Assembly: GCA_000438255.1 (NCBI GenBank)
Contig: FR901872.1
Span: 1 to 45,150, forward strand
Reading direction: 5' to 3'
Origin: Clostridium sp. CAG:389
GTDB lineage: Bacteria > Bacillota > Clostridia > TANB77 > CAG-508
DNA length: 45,150 nt
In this document: one piece after another, positions 27,447-37,886 of the stretch
Layout of the letters: every line of letters begins with the position of its first letter
Position numbering within the stretch: the first letter of the stretch is position 1
Position numbers and translations under genes: made by a program
Notes under the pieces: generated by a model
The model's database searches: none
Told to the model about the DNA's origin: nothing
What the model saw: only the letters and a program-made list of their open reading frames with translations

Positions 27447-29814
27447 TTGGAATCACCTCTTTCTCCATTGAAATTTCATATAAATTAAAATATTTATGAT
27501 AAAAATTATCTAATGTTAATCTATTCATAAATTTTTTAGTTCTAGTATTTTCATCTACTGCATATTCGCTCATATTTGCTGATTTTGATTGTGAATTTAA
27601 TATTTGTAGTTTTCCATCATCGATTCTATATAATTGTTTTGGAATAAATACTTGTGTTCCACTATCAATAGGCAAATAAATACCTTTAAACGATTCTTTT
27701 TCTTTTCCAGATAATTTAATAAATACAGACATATCATTATTATTTTTTACAGTTTCAACTTCTGTCTTTTGTATGTCATCTTGTTCTTTTTGTTTTGTTT
27801 TCTCTGGCTTTTTTTCTAATTCTTCTTTCGTTTCTTTCATAATATTTTCTGGTGTTAATCCTAAAATATTTTTATTATTATTGAAAACAAGTAAAGTCTT
27901 GTATTTGTCATTATTCACAAATTGTCTAGTCATTGCAGATTTCATATTATCTGGATATGCTAAACCATATCTTACTGCTTCCATAACATTTTCATTTTTA
28001 AATCTACTAACTGCCTGTTCTTTTAGTGATTCAACATAAGTTTTAGGAAATAATTTCTCAAATTGCGAAGTATTATTAGCAATAAATAAATCCTCAAACT
28101 CATCTGGATTGTTTTCAATATAATCTTTTATATTAGTTTCAAAACTTTCTGCATATTGCTTTAAAACAATATCTTTTTGCTCTACAGATAATTTTATATT
28201 TACAACATTCCCTTCTTGATCAAAACTTTTTACATTGTTTAGTAAATTTTCTAGAATAAAAATTTTATCATTTTTAAATTTTATATAATCATCAGATGTA
28301 TAGATGTACTCATTTACATATCTTGAAATATCTATTGTATTTTCTCCATCTTTTAAATAATTTTCATTATTCAATGTTTCTTCAATTAGTTCTTGTGTAA
28401 TAGCATTCGTTTCAAGATATTTTTGTAATATTCTATCTTGATGATTAGTCGCATATTTTTTCAAATGATCCATTATATAGTAATAGAAAAATAAGCCTTT
28501 ATATCTTTCAACTCTGGATTCTTGTTTTACTTCTTTTGGCATAATAATATCTTCAACCTCCTCTACTCTAAAATTGGTTTTATTTGTTACATATTCTTTA
28601 AAGCGAAGAATATCTTTTGTATCTTTAATTAAACCATCTCTTTGCATCTTTTTATAAGTATTATAGATATTATCAACATTTAATTCTTTATTTTGTAAAT
28701 ATTGATTTTCAAGTAAAAAAATAAAGGCAGATATTTTTGTTTTATAAACATCTTCCTTTTTTACATTTGCAATTTGTAAATCTCCGAAGTCTTTGTATTT
28801 ACCTTCTAATTTTGATATATCTAATACATTTACTTCTAGTCCTTCATTTAATAATTCTGGTATAACTCGAATCATTGCATTTTTACCAGCATCATCATTA
28901 TCAAGGGAAAGAGTAATTTCACACTTTAATTTCTTTAGTAATTCAATTTGTTCTTTTGTTAATGCAGTTCCCATTATCCCTACAGTATTTGCAAATCCCA
29001 TTGCATTAGCACTTATAACATCCATATATCCTTCGACTACTATCATTTCATAATTTCTAGCAAAAGATTTTGCTTTATGATAATTAAATAGTAATTCACT
29101 TTTATTGAATAATGGAGTTGCCATAGTGTTAATATATTTAGGCTTTGCATCTCCTAATACTCTCGCTCCAAATCCAACAGGATTTCCATATTGGTCAAAT
29201 ATAGGAATCATTATTCTATGGCTAAATATATCAATATAATCATTTTTAGATTCCTTTGTAATGCCTACTTCTATTAAATCTTTCATATTGTACTTTGATA
29301 ATAAATTATTAGTTATATTATCATAAGTAGGATTGAATCCAATATGAAAATTATTGATTATTTGTTCAGATAAGTTTCTACTTTTAAGATAGTCGAGAGT
29401 CCTCTCTCCATCTATATTTTTAGTTTTTAAATTATTCTCGCAAATAGTAATTGCATCTTTTAGAATGTTAGATAATGTCTTTTGTTTCTTTTGTTCTTCG
29501 GTTAGAGGCATTTTATTGTTTTGTGAAAGGACAATATTCAAATGTTGTATATCTATTGCTTTTTGCATAGCTTCTACTGTGCTTATTGCATTATGATTTA
29601 TTTCTGTTTCATATTTTTGGATAAATGATACAACATTTCCTCCAGAGCCACAAGCAAAACATTTTGCAATACCTTTGCTAGTGTTTACCATCATAGAAGG
29701 ATGCGTATCACTATGAAAAGGACAAATACATTTATTTTTAGCAACTTTTAATCCATAATATTCAAGAATATTTATTATATTGGAACTTGATAATATTTCG
29801 TCATAAGCACTCAT
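27433..29814 (-). CDS. DnaG-type DNA primase with a ~400-aa C-terminal extension
   Basis: CHC2 zinc finger CPFHSDTHPSMMVN...CFACGSGGN; TOPRIM motifs VVEGYMDVIS and SLDNDDAGKNA. The C-terminal half is unassigned. Confidence 0.88.
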   Translation of the reverse strand: MSAYDEILSSSNIINILEYYGLKVAKNKCICPFHSDTHPSMMVNTSKGIAKCFACGSGGNVVSFIQKYETEINHNAISTVEAMQKAIDIQHLNIVLSQNNKMPLTEEQKKQKTLSNILKDAITICENNLKTKNIDGERTLDYLKSRNLSEQIINNFHIGFNPTYDNITNNLLSKYNMKDLIEVGITKESKNDYIDIFSHRIMIPIFDQYGNPVGFGARVLGDAKPKYINTMATPLFNKSELLFNYHKAKSFARNYEMIVVEGYMDVISANAMGFANTVGIMGTALTKEQIELLKKLKCEITLSLDNDDAGKNAMIRVIPELLNEGLEVNVLDISKLEGKYKDFGDLQIANVKKEDVYKTKISAFIFLLENQYLQNKELNVDNIYNTYKKMQRDGLIKDTKDILRFKEYVTNKTNFRVEEVEDIIMPKEVKQESRVERYKGLFFYYYIMDHLKKYATNHQDRILQKYLETNAITQELIEETLNNENYLKDGENTIDISRYVNEYIYTSDDYIKFKNDKIFILENLLNNVKSFDQEGNVVNIKLSVEQKDIVLKQYAESFETNIKDYIENNPDEFEDLFIANNTSQFEKLFPKTYVESLKEQAVSRFKNENVMEAVRYGLAYPDNMKSAMTRQFVNNDKYKTLLVFNNNKNILGLTPENIMKETKEELEKKPEKTKQKEQDDIQKTEVETVKNNNDMSVFIKLSGKEKESFKGIYLPIDSGTQVFIPKQLYRIDDGKLQILNSQSKSANMSEYAVDENTRTKKFMNRLTLDNFYHKYFNLYEISMEKEVIPSASY

Positions 29815-30254
29815 ATATCTATGTTTTCCTTGTCTGTTTCGATTTCAATTATTTTATCATTTTCTTTTAGTTGTTCCTTAACATATTCATCATCAAATTC
29901 TCGTATCATACTTGGATATTCTAGAAAAATATTTTTATCCTTTTCTCCATCACAATATTGTTCTTCAACATCATCATATTCTTCTCCAATTCTCATATAT
30001 CTATATGAATATTCTTTGTCACTCAAATGCTGTAATCCTTCCATTATAGCATCCACATCTTCATAATCATTTTCATACCATTTTACATAGTTCCAACCAA
30101 AATAACATTGTTTTTTTCCTTCTTGTTTTATATCACAATTTTCTAAAAGATTGTAATCCTCATTGTGCTCTTTTAAATATTTTGTCACAAACTTTTTTAA
30201 TTCTTCAAATCCCTTTTCGCTTGTTATAATTCTAATATCTGATCTATATCCCAT
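29811..30254 (-). CDS. Hypothetical protein, paralogue of the next gene
   Basis: DIRIITSEKGFEEL / GWNYVKWYEND / YSYRYMRIGEE align with EIRIITTKRGYGNI / VFLKWDNPQD / NSYTICKIEDE of ORF 30244..30633. Confidence 0.55.
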   Translation of the reverse strand: MGYRSDIRIITSEKGFEELKKFVTKYLKEHNEDYNLLENCDIKQEGKKQCYFGWNYVKWYENDYEDVDAIMEGLQHLSDKEYSYRYMRIGEEYDDVEEQYCDGEKDKNIFLEYPSMIREFDDEYVKEQLKENDKIIEIETDKENIDI

Positions 30255-30633
30255 TTGTTTTTCCTCCTTTTCTTCTTTTGTTTGTAAGAGCTTTTAGTTT
30301 TTCTATTGTTTCTTCATCTTTAAATTTACAATCTATAACTGGTATTGGCAGATTCTTATGTTCTATATTTTTACAATAAGTACAAACTGCTTCATCTTCT
30401 ATTTTGCATATTGTATATGAATTTCTATGACTCATTAAACATATTATTATAGTTTGTATTAACTTAAAATCTTGTGGATTATCCCATTTTAAAAAAACTA
30501 TTCCTCCATAAGTTTGACATGTTTTTTCATTGATTATATTGTCAATTATCTTCTGATTATTAAAAGTTTTTAAACTCCTTATGATATTTCCATATCCTCT
30601 TTTAGTAGTAATTATTCTTATTTCTTTTCTCAT
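30244..30633 (-). CDS. Hypothetical protein, paralogue of the previous gene
   Basis: See 29811..30254. Confidence 0.55.
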   Translation of the reverse strand: MRKEIRIITTKRGYGNIIRSLKTFNNQKIIDNIINEKTCQTYGGIVFLKWDNPQDFKLIQTIIICLMSHRNSYTICKIEDEAVCTYCKNIEHKNLPIPVIDCKFKDEETIEKLKALTNKRRKGGKTNGI

Positions 30634-30634
30634 G

Positions 30635-31030
30635 TTATTGCTCCATTTCTATTAGTTTTTCTATTTGATTTTCTAATTTTGAGTCATCTTTATTGCTTAT
30701 AAATAACAAAAAACATTCTTTTTGATTATATATTGTAAGAAGTATTCTTGTATTTTTTCTTAATAATTCTATAAATTCAGCTAATTCTTTTGTTGTATAT
30801 TGGTCTTTTAATTTAAAGTTTATATATTTTACTACATTAAATGATCTTGTATATCTTCCAGCTGTAGCAAATACTTCTCTCGTTATCATCATGTTTTTAT
30901 CTATTTGTTCAAAATAAAAATCATCATATAATAAATAATAAGCACCTTCTTTAGCCTTATTCGTCACTAATGCTCTAAAGTCCTCAAAATTATAAATTAT
31001 ATTGCTTCTCATATTTTCCTCTTTTCTCAC
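30635..31030 (-). CDS. Hypothetical protein
   Basis: 131-codon ORF (GTG at 31030). The ATG at 31012 behind AAGAGGAAAA is the more likely start. Confidence 0.55.
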   Translation of the reverse strand: MRKEENMRSNIIYNFEDFRALVTNKAKEGAYYLLYDDFYFEQIDKNMMITREVFATAGRYTRSFNVVKYINFKLKDQYTTKELAEFIELLRKNTRILLTIYNQKECFLLFISNKDDSKLENQIEKLIEMEQ

Positions 31031-31035
31031 GAATG

Positions 31036-31061
31036 AAAAAGAGTGGGAGTTTCACCCACTC
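31036..31061 (-). terminator. Rho-independent terminator after the adhesin gene
   Basis: Stem gagtggg / cccactc with a 7-nt loop, then TTTTT on the minus strand. Confidence 0.7.
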
Positions 31062-31064
31062 AAA

Positions 31065-34000
31065 TTATTCTTCTTTGTATTTTTTTCTTAATATTGTAAT
31101 GCCTCCAACTATTCCAAGTAGAGAAATTAGTGCTAAACTTCCTAGTAAAATATAATTGCTTTCATTACCTGTTTGAATTGAAGGTAATAGTGAATTATAA
31201 TAAACAAAACCATATACATTATCTTTTTCTTCTAGTGCTTTACCATCTGCCAAAACACCTTTTTCGTTTATTTCTATTTTTACAACTTGTTCTGAAAGTT
31301 TATATCCTAAAGGTGCTTTTATTTCTTTAATGTAATAAGTTCCATATCTTAATCCTTCAAATAATGCAGTACCCTCATATTCGTTTGCCCCTGCTTCTTT
31401 AATTAGTTTAGTACAATCTTTATCTTCATAAATTCCAAATATAAATTTATTAGATTTAATATGTTCTTTTGTAGTTTTATCCAACTTTTCAACTCTTACA
31501 GATTTTAGAATTGGCATATCCTTCATTATAATTTTCTTTCCATCACCAGCTACAAAATCTATTTCTTCTGCAATTTCATAACCATAAGGTGCAGTAATCT
31601 CTTTCATAGTATATTCTTTTCCTTCTGTCAAATAATTAATTTTATGATTTTCTTCTGTAGATACCCATTCATCTATAATGTTTCCTGTTTCTTTTTCAAT
31701 TATTTGTATTGTTGCACCAGGTAATTCATTAGTTCCTGTTTCATCAACTTTGCTAAATACCATTTCAGTTGGCTTATTTTTACAAGCTATTATTAAAATA
31801 TCTCCATCTTCTTTAATTTCAACTTTATAAATAGTATTGTTTAAAGTATATCCATCAACTTGTTTAGCTTCTTGAATATAATATGTTCCAAGTTCTAATT
31901 CATTGAAAGTTGCAATGCCTTCTTCATTTGTTTTTTCTGTAGTTATTACATTACTCATATCTTCTTTTGTAGAAATATTAAATTCTACATTTTTAAGTTT
32001 TATATTTTCATCTAATGTATCAACTTTTTTCACTTGAATTGTACCACGAGCAAGTTCATTGTCTATTTTTCCTTCTTTTCCTATTTGAACTACATATTCT
32101 ATAATACTTGGTCCTTTATAACTAATTTCAAAATCATATTCTGTTTCATTCAAAATATATTGAGAATTTGTTGCAAGTTCTTTTAGGTAATAAACTCCAT
32201 TAGGTAAATCTGGCACATTTTCTAATGTTCCTTCTTTTGTTATTCCACTTGTTGCTATCATTGTACCCTTTTCTATTGCTACATTTCCCATGTAATCATA
32301 AATATTTTCTCTTGCATAAATACCAAAAACAACGTCTTTATAAGCCTCATTATTTATAAATATTTTTTGTTCTTCTAGTATCTTTGTCATATCAATATTA
32401 ACTTTTGCTCTTATATTTGTTAATGTTGATTCTATTATTTGTACTTCTTTTACTTGTGTATTTTCAATAGTAAAATAGTGTTTATTTGTATCAGCAACAT
32501 AACCATGAGGCACTTTTGTTTCTAAATAATAATAACTTCCAACTGGTAGTTCTTTGCTTAATACTGCTTCCCAATCACTTTCTAATGTCTGTACTTTTTC
32601 GCCTTTTTTATAGTATGTTGTATTTCCTATGGTTATATCTTCGTTAGCATATATCGTAATTTCAGCATTTAATAAATTTGATTTATTCCATATTGGCGAT
32701 TCCGTTTTTCCAAATTCATTTTGTCCTATTATTGTTTGGTTAAAAATTTCTCCATATTTGTTAAATTTAAGTTTTCCTAAAACTAACTCATCTTTCATAA
32801 TTACAGATTGAATTTCACCAGTATCATTAATAGTAAATTCTACATTATCAGATATTGTGAATCCATAAGGTGCAGATGTTTCTTTTAATACATAAGTTTT
32901 ACGAACTTCTAACCCTTTTATTAAATGAGGTTCTTTAGTTGAAATCCAAGTATCAAAAATTGCTCCTGGATTATCTTTTTCATACACAGTTAAACAAGCT
33001 CCTTCAATTTCTGTTGAATCAGTAATATCTTGCTTTGAAACTTCTACCTTTATTATCTTATTTTTAAACTCATATTCTAAATCAACAATTTTGGTATCTT
33101 GTCCTCTATAAGTTGCATCAACTTTTATTGTTTCATTACTTGAAGCATATCCAATTGGTGCTTGAATTTCTTTTATTTCAAAATTAGTTAAAGGTAAATC
33201 AGAAGTAAAGTGAACTTTTCCTTCTGTATCACTTGTTGCACTTTCAATTAGTGTACCTGCTTTTACCACTATTTCATCTTTATAATTTTTAATTTCCTCT
33301 TTAGCATATAATCCAAATGTTGCTCCTAAAAGTCCAACATCATTTTCTGCATCTTTTTTGTAAACATTAATTTCTACTTTTTGCCTTTCGTTGGTAAATG
33401 AAGTATTGTCAAATACTATGGCTGTATTTTGATCTTTATATTTTAAAGATACATTTTTAACTTCATCACTTAAAACAAATCCTTCTGGTGCATTTACCTC
33501 TTTTACAGAATATTCGCCTAAAGGTAACTCTTTTGATGTTCCTTTTCCATCTAATTTTGTTATGATAGTATCAACAACAGTTCCTTTTTTGTAAATGATT
33601 GTCCCATCATTTGATGGATCATATATATCTTCTCTTGCAAATACTTCATATTTTGCATTAGCAAGTCCCTTCTCTTCGTAAACAAATTTTCCATCCTTAA
33701 AATCTGTCAAAACTTCACCACATTTTTCTACAGTAATTTTTCCTTTTACAGATGTATCCTTTTGATCAACTGTAATAACAGATGTTTTTCCATCTGGTAA
33801 TGTTTCATAGGCTGAGCTTGATGAAATTTTAAATTTTACAGGTTGAGAACTAATTAAATATCCTTTTGGTCCTTTAATCTCCTCTAGTTGATAATTTCCT
33901 ACATTTAATTTATCTCCAGTCATTACTGTACCAGTTTCATTAGTTGTCCATGTACTTACATAGTGTGGTAATGGATTCCATTCCCAATATCCAAAATATT

Positions 34001-36245
34001 CGTTAGTATCTAAATTTTTAATTTTAAATGATGCACCCTCTATTTTTACAACCTTTTCTGTTTCTGCATCTTTCTTTACTATTGCTAAAACAGATGTGAA
34101 ACTTGTATCATTAAATACTCTCCAAGTTTGAGGTTTATCACTATCTTCTGAAATAACTATTTTAAAGTCCTCTACTTTGTATTTATCTTCTGGAACTAAA
34201 GTTTCTCTTACAACATAAGTTCCAAAAGGAAGTCTATCACTTATTGCATATCCCTTTGAATCTGTTTTTAATATTGATGCAGTTTCACCATTTGCATTTT
34301 TGGTAATTGGTGCAGCATCCCAAGATCCGTATTTTTCAATATCTTTTTGTGCTTTTATTGTAAATTCTGCACTAGGCAATAATTCTGCTTCACCAGCTTC
34401 ATCGCTTGAAATCTTTATAATTTGAAATGCTTGTGAAATTACTCTTTCCTTTACAGTTACATGTTTAGTAACTACTTTAACATTTTGATTTTCATAAGTT
34501 AAATCAAAATTATATTTTGTATTATCTAGATTATATCCTCGACTTGGTTTTATTTCTTTTATATAATATTCTCCAAGATACAAATTACTCATTGTAGCAT
34601 TTGATTCTTTATTAGTTGTCATTTCTGCTACTTTCACATCTGTGTTATATATCATAGTATCATCTGCTGGATCAAGTATAGGTGTTCTTGCATAAATTCC
34701 ATAAATAGCACCCTCAAGAGTTGCTTCTCCTTGTGCTTGTTTTCCTGTTTTAGTATCTTCTTTAGATATTGTTACACTACCTTTTACACGAGTATTTACG
34801 ATAGTAATTTGATATGTTTTTCCATCTTCGACAACACCAATATTTTCACTAACTTCAACTTTAATAGTATATTTATTGGGTGCTGTTGATTCTTTTACAT
34901 AGTAAGTACCATAATCTAATAATTCAGATGTAGCAATACCTTTTTCATTTGTAGTTATAGATGCTACTTTTTTATTATTAGAATCAGAAATATCAAAAAT
35001 TGTTCCTGCTTTATTTACAACTTTGTTTGTTTCAGCATCTTTTTTGACTACTTGAATACGCCCTTGTTTCCACTTGTTAGTTGCTTCAAAAGATGTTGTT
35101 TGTGCTGTTTTCACAATTGCACTTCTTATGGTTGTATCTAATACTAAATGTTTAGGTACATCAGTTTCTTGAATATATACAGTACCTGGTCTTAATTCAT
35201 CAACTAATACCTTTCCATTAGAACCTGTTGTATATGTTCCTATTGGATTAGACATATCTGCATTGTAACTTATTTTAAATTTTGTATCTGGCACATAATT
35301 TCCTTTATTGTCTTTTTTTCCAATATCTAATTTTCCAAATAAGTTAATTTTCAAACTCATTGCCATAGGTACTGGATCATTATAGTGTAAAGCCATTAAT
35401 TGATTTTGAACTCCAGTCTTAAAAGAAAAATATACTGTTGTGTCCTGATCTTTTGACTCTTCTTTTACTAACCCCCAACTTTGAAATAGGTTATCAGAAA
35501 TATTTAATCTTTCTACTGTACAGTTTTCTGATACTGAAATTGTTAATGTGTTTTCTCCTTTATTATGTTGAAATCTCACATTATCTTTTGTATTATCTAT
35601 ACTTGAATAATCTGCTAATACTCCATTTGTATCATTTAAAACCTTAGTTTCACCAGCATTTATTTCAATAGTTGTTGCATCAAAACTAGGTCTTTTTTGC
35701 ATATTATTTATTTTATTATTTATATCGTTTTTAAATGCTACATAGTTTGCTTGAACTGTTGAATCTCTAAATGTAGCATTTGATTGTCCTAAAGTTTCCC
35801 AAATGTATTGTTGAGTAAAAACATAGGCTTGCTTTACCCATTTCATATCATTTGCAAGTATTCCTCCATCTACTACATAACCCCCATTGTCCTTATACCA
35901 ACCAAAATAAGCAATCTTACAAGCTCTTTTTATTGTAGCATCTGTAGGTGTATAATAATTCCCATTATAAGAACTTCCTGTTTTGAAATCTACCCCGTGT
36001 TCAGCACAAAAAACGGTATATCTTTCTCCAGTAGTATTGTTTATCAATCTTCTAATTAAAACGCCAGTTGAACCTGCTGCATGATCTGTAGTTAACATTC
36101 CAGAAGCATATTGTCCTCCTGCAAAAGTTCCACTTCCAGAAACTGCAAATACAGGACTGATATTTGTTAACATTGTAATAATTAATAGTAACATAGCAAT
36201 TACTTTTTTATTTAACATATATTTTTTCATAATTTTCACTTTCAA
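31065..36245 (-). CDS. 1726-aa surface adhesin: N-terminal thioester-like domain, many Cna-B/SpaA-like repeats, non-canonical sorting signal
   Basis: Signal peptide. VFCAEHG plus FTQQYIWE (Cys and TQxx(I/V)W Gln motif of thioester domains). More than 10 repeats of the G.Y.(I/V/L)KE..AP.GY motif. The C-terminus is PSIQTG (31181..31167) followed by a hydrophobic stretch and RKKYKEE. Confidence 0.85.
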   Translation of the reverse strand: MKVKIMKKYMLNKKVIAMLLLIITMLTNISPVFAVSGSGTFAGGQYASGMLTTDHAAGSTGVLIRRLINNTTGERYTVFCAEHGVDFKTGSSYNGNYYTPTDATIKRACKIAYFGWYKDNGGYVVDGGILANDMKWVKQAYVFTQQYIWETLGQSNATFRDSTVQANYVAFKNDINNKINNMQKRPSFDATTIEINAGETKVLNDTNGVLADYSSIDNTKDNVRFQHNKGENTLTISVSENCTVERLNISDNLFQSWGLVKEESKDQDTTVYFSFKTGVQNQLMALHYNDPVPMAMSLKINLFGKLDIGKKDNKGNYVPDTKFKISYNADMSNPIGTYTTGSNGKVLVDELRPGTVYIQETDVPKHLVLDTTIRSAIVKTAQTTSFEATNKWKQGRIQVVKKDAETNKVVNKAGTIFDISDSNNKKVASITTNEKGIATSELLDYGTYYVKESTAPNKYTIKVEVSENIGVVEDGKTYQITIVNTRVKGSVTISKEDTKTGKQAQGEATLEGAIYGIYARTPILDPADDTMIYNTDVKVAEMTTNKESNATMSNLYLGEYYIKEIKPSRGYNLDNTKYNFDLTYENQNVKVVTKHVTVKERVISQAFQIIKISSDEAGEAELLPSAEFTIKAQKDIEKYGSWDAAPITKNANGETASILKTDSKGYAISDRLPFGTYVVRETLVPEDKYKVEDFKIVISEDSDKPQTWRVFNDTSFTSVLAIVKKDAETEKVVKIEGASFKIKNLDTNEYFGYWEWNPLPHYVSTWTTNETGTVMTGDKLNVGNYQLEEIKGPKGYLISSQPVKFKISSSSAYETLPDGKTSVITVDQKDTSVKGKITVEKCGEVLTDFKDGKFVYEEKGLANAKYEVFAREDIYDPSNDGTIIYKKGTVVDTIITKLDGKGTSKELPLGEYSVKEVNAPEGFVLSDEVKNVSLKYKDQNTAIVFDNTSFTNERQKVEINVYKKDAENDVGLLGATFGLYAKEEIKNYKDEIVVKAGTLIESATSDTEGKVHFTSDLPLTNFEIKEIQAPIGYASSNETIKVDATYRGQDTKIVDLEYEFKNKIIKVEVSKQDITDSTEIEGACLTVYEKDNPGAIFDTWISTKEPHLIKGLEVRKTYVLKETSAPYGFTISDNVEFTINDTGEIQSVIMKDELVLGKLKFNKYGEIFNQTIIGQNEFGKTESPIWNKSNLLNAEITIYANEDITIGNTTYYKKGEKVQTLESDWEAVLSKELPVGSYYYLETKVPHGYVADTNKHYFTIENTQVKEVQIIESTLTNIRAKVNIDMTKILEEQKIFINNEAYKDVVFGIYARENIYDYMGNVAIEKGTMIATSGITKEGTLENVPDLPNGVYYLKELATNSQYILNETEYDFEISYKGPSIIEYVVQIGKEGKIDNELARGTIQVKKVDTLDENIKLKNVEFNISTKEDMSNVITTEKTNEEGIATFNELELGTYYIQEAKQVDGYTLNNTIYKVEIKEDGDILIIACKNKPTEMVFSKVDETGTNELPGATIQIIEKETGNIIDEWVSTEENHKINYLTEGKEYTMKEITAPYGYEIAEEIDFVAGDGKKIIMKDMPILKSVRVEKLDKTTKEHIKSNKFIFGIYEDKDCTKLIKEAGANEYEGTALFEGLRYGTYYIKEIKAPLGYKLSEQVVKIEINEKGVLADGKALEEKDNVYGFVYYNSLLPSIQTGNESNYILLGSLALISLLGIVGGITILRKKYKEE

Positions 36246-36302
36246 AATCTCCTTTTCCTAAAAATTCACAAAAAAAATAAAGGGTATAAGATTAAGTTCC
36301 CT

Positions 36303-36839
36303 TTAATAAAAAATTACTCTCATTCCCAAATAAACACCTTCATTGTCTTTTATTGGAACACATTCTCCTCTTGCATTAAATGATTTTAAATATCTCTGTG
36401 CAGCTTGAGTTACGTTTTCCATTGTGTATCCATCTGTAAATAAAAAATCTTTATTTGTTGGCTTTGCTTTTGTATTTTTATTGTTATTTGATATGTTAAT
36501 ATTCTGTGTATTTTTTTTATTCTCCTCTTTTGAATCTTGCTTAGTATCTTCTTTTACAATCAAACTTGTGTTATCTTCTGTTTTTTCAGTATTTTCTACA
36601 ATAATTTTATTTTCAGTATTTAAATTTGTTTCTTCTATACTATTTTCATTAGAAACATTTTCTTCAACATTTGATTCAATATAATTTTGTTCATTATTTG
36701 TATTTTTTTTATATTTTTCATAAAGTCCATATAACAAAACACTTGTTATAATAGAAACTACTATCGTTAAGAAAATTATTTTCTTTTTTCTTACATCCTT
36801 TAAATAAAGTTCTAATATTTTTTTATCTTGATCATTCAT
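36303..36839 (-). CDS. Membrane-anchored low-complexity protein
   Basis: One TM segment (IIFLTIVVSIITSVLLYGL), an N/E/K-rich linker and a small C-terminal domain. Confidence 0.55.
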   Translation of the reverse strand: MNDQDKKILELYLKDVRKKKIIFLTIVVSIITSVLLYGLYEKYKKNTNNEQNYIESNVEENVSNENSIEETNLNTENKIIVENTEKTEDNTSLIVKEDTKQDSKEENKKNTQNINISNNNKNTKAKPTNKDFLFTDGYTMENVTQAAQRYLKSFNARGECVPIKDNEGVYLGMRVIFY

Positions 36840-37095
36840 CTTTGGTTACCTCTTTAGGTTTTGTAAGTTCTGTAAATTTCTTTTCTATTTTTTCATAATC
36901 CCTTTTTATTGCAGTATAATCTTTTATCTCTATTTCAATGTCATTAATTTTCTTTTGAATTTTAGATTGTTCATCTATAAATTTGATTTTATCTGCATTT
37001 AACTTTTCAATTTTTTTTAATACCTTTTTTAACATTACTTTTCCTCCCATAAAAAAAGAGCCAAGAGCTGATTCTTGACCTTTATATAGTTTCAT
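36832..37095 (-). CDS. Small coiled-coil protein
   Basis: 87-codon ORF, K/E-rich with heptad-like spacing. Confidence 0.45.
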   Translation of the reverse strand: MKLYKGQESALGSFFMGGKVMLKKVLKKIEKLNADKIKFIDEQSKIQKKINDIEIEIKDYTAIKRDYEKIEKKFTELTKPKEVTKDE

Positions 37096-37818
37096 TTATC
37101 TGTAATAAAAGTTGATAGTCCATTTACCACAATACATACAATCCCACACTTCATATCCAGAAGGACAATTTTTATAATAAGTATCATTATCTATTTCGTT
37201 ATTTTCCCATTTCTCTCCCCAATATTTTATTTGTTGATTATAATAAGCAATAGCCTCACCTTTAGAATTATACCATTTTCCAGAATTTCCAACATCCATT
37301 CCATGATTGTTGTTATTAGTACATCTTTCAACTTTAGTTTCAGTTTTAGTTTCTTCTTGTTGTTCATTTTTACTACTTGTTGATTGAGTGGTAGATTTAG
37401 CTTCCGGAGTATTAGTATTCACTGTTGTTTTACTTGTGTCTTGCATTACATTTTCTTTCTTTGACGTACTTAAATTATTTGATGAATTACTCTTTGCCTG
37501 TGTAGTTGTCGATGTAGTTTTTGTGGGTGTTTGTGTTTCTTGTTTTTTCTCAACTTTTTCTACACTTTCATTATCTGTTTCTGTAATTGTTTTTTCTTCT
37601 TTTTCTTCAATTACATTATCGTCAGTTTCATTCACTGCTATATTGGTATCACTTGTAATAGAACTTATTGTATTTTCTAACACAGTAGTTGTTTCGTTTG
37701 ATTTTTCTAATTCTTCTTTATTTTCATTTTTGTGTGTTATAAAATATGTGATTCCTATAATTCCTAAAGCTAATAAGATAAAAATTACTATTATTATAAG
37801 GATTTTATTTTTTTCCAT
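37096..37818 (-). CDS. Membrane-anchored protein with a T/S-rich linker and Cys-rich C-terminal domain
   Basis: TM segment ILIIIVIFILLALGIIGITYFI, a T/S/E-rich linker, then CTNNNNHG...NCPSGYEVWDCMYCGKW. Confidence 0.55.
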   Translation of the reverse strand: MEKNKILIIIVIFILLALGIIGITYFITHKNENKEELEKSNETTTVLENTISSITSDTNIAVNETDDNVIEEKEEKTITETDNESVEKVEKKQETQTPTKTTSTTTQAKSNSSNNLSTSKKENVMQDTSKTTVNTNTPEAKSTTQSTSSKNEQQEETKTETKVERCTNNNNHGMDVGNSGKWYNSKGEAIAYYNQQIKYWGEKWENNEIDNDTYYKNCPSGYEVWDCMYCGKWTINFYYR

Positions 37819-37886
37819 GATAAATGCCTCCTACAATAATAATAACTCTAATTTTAAAATTTGTCAGCTCTTTTTTCCAATTTATT

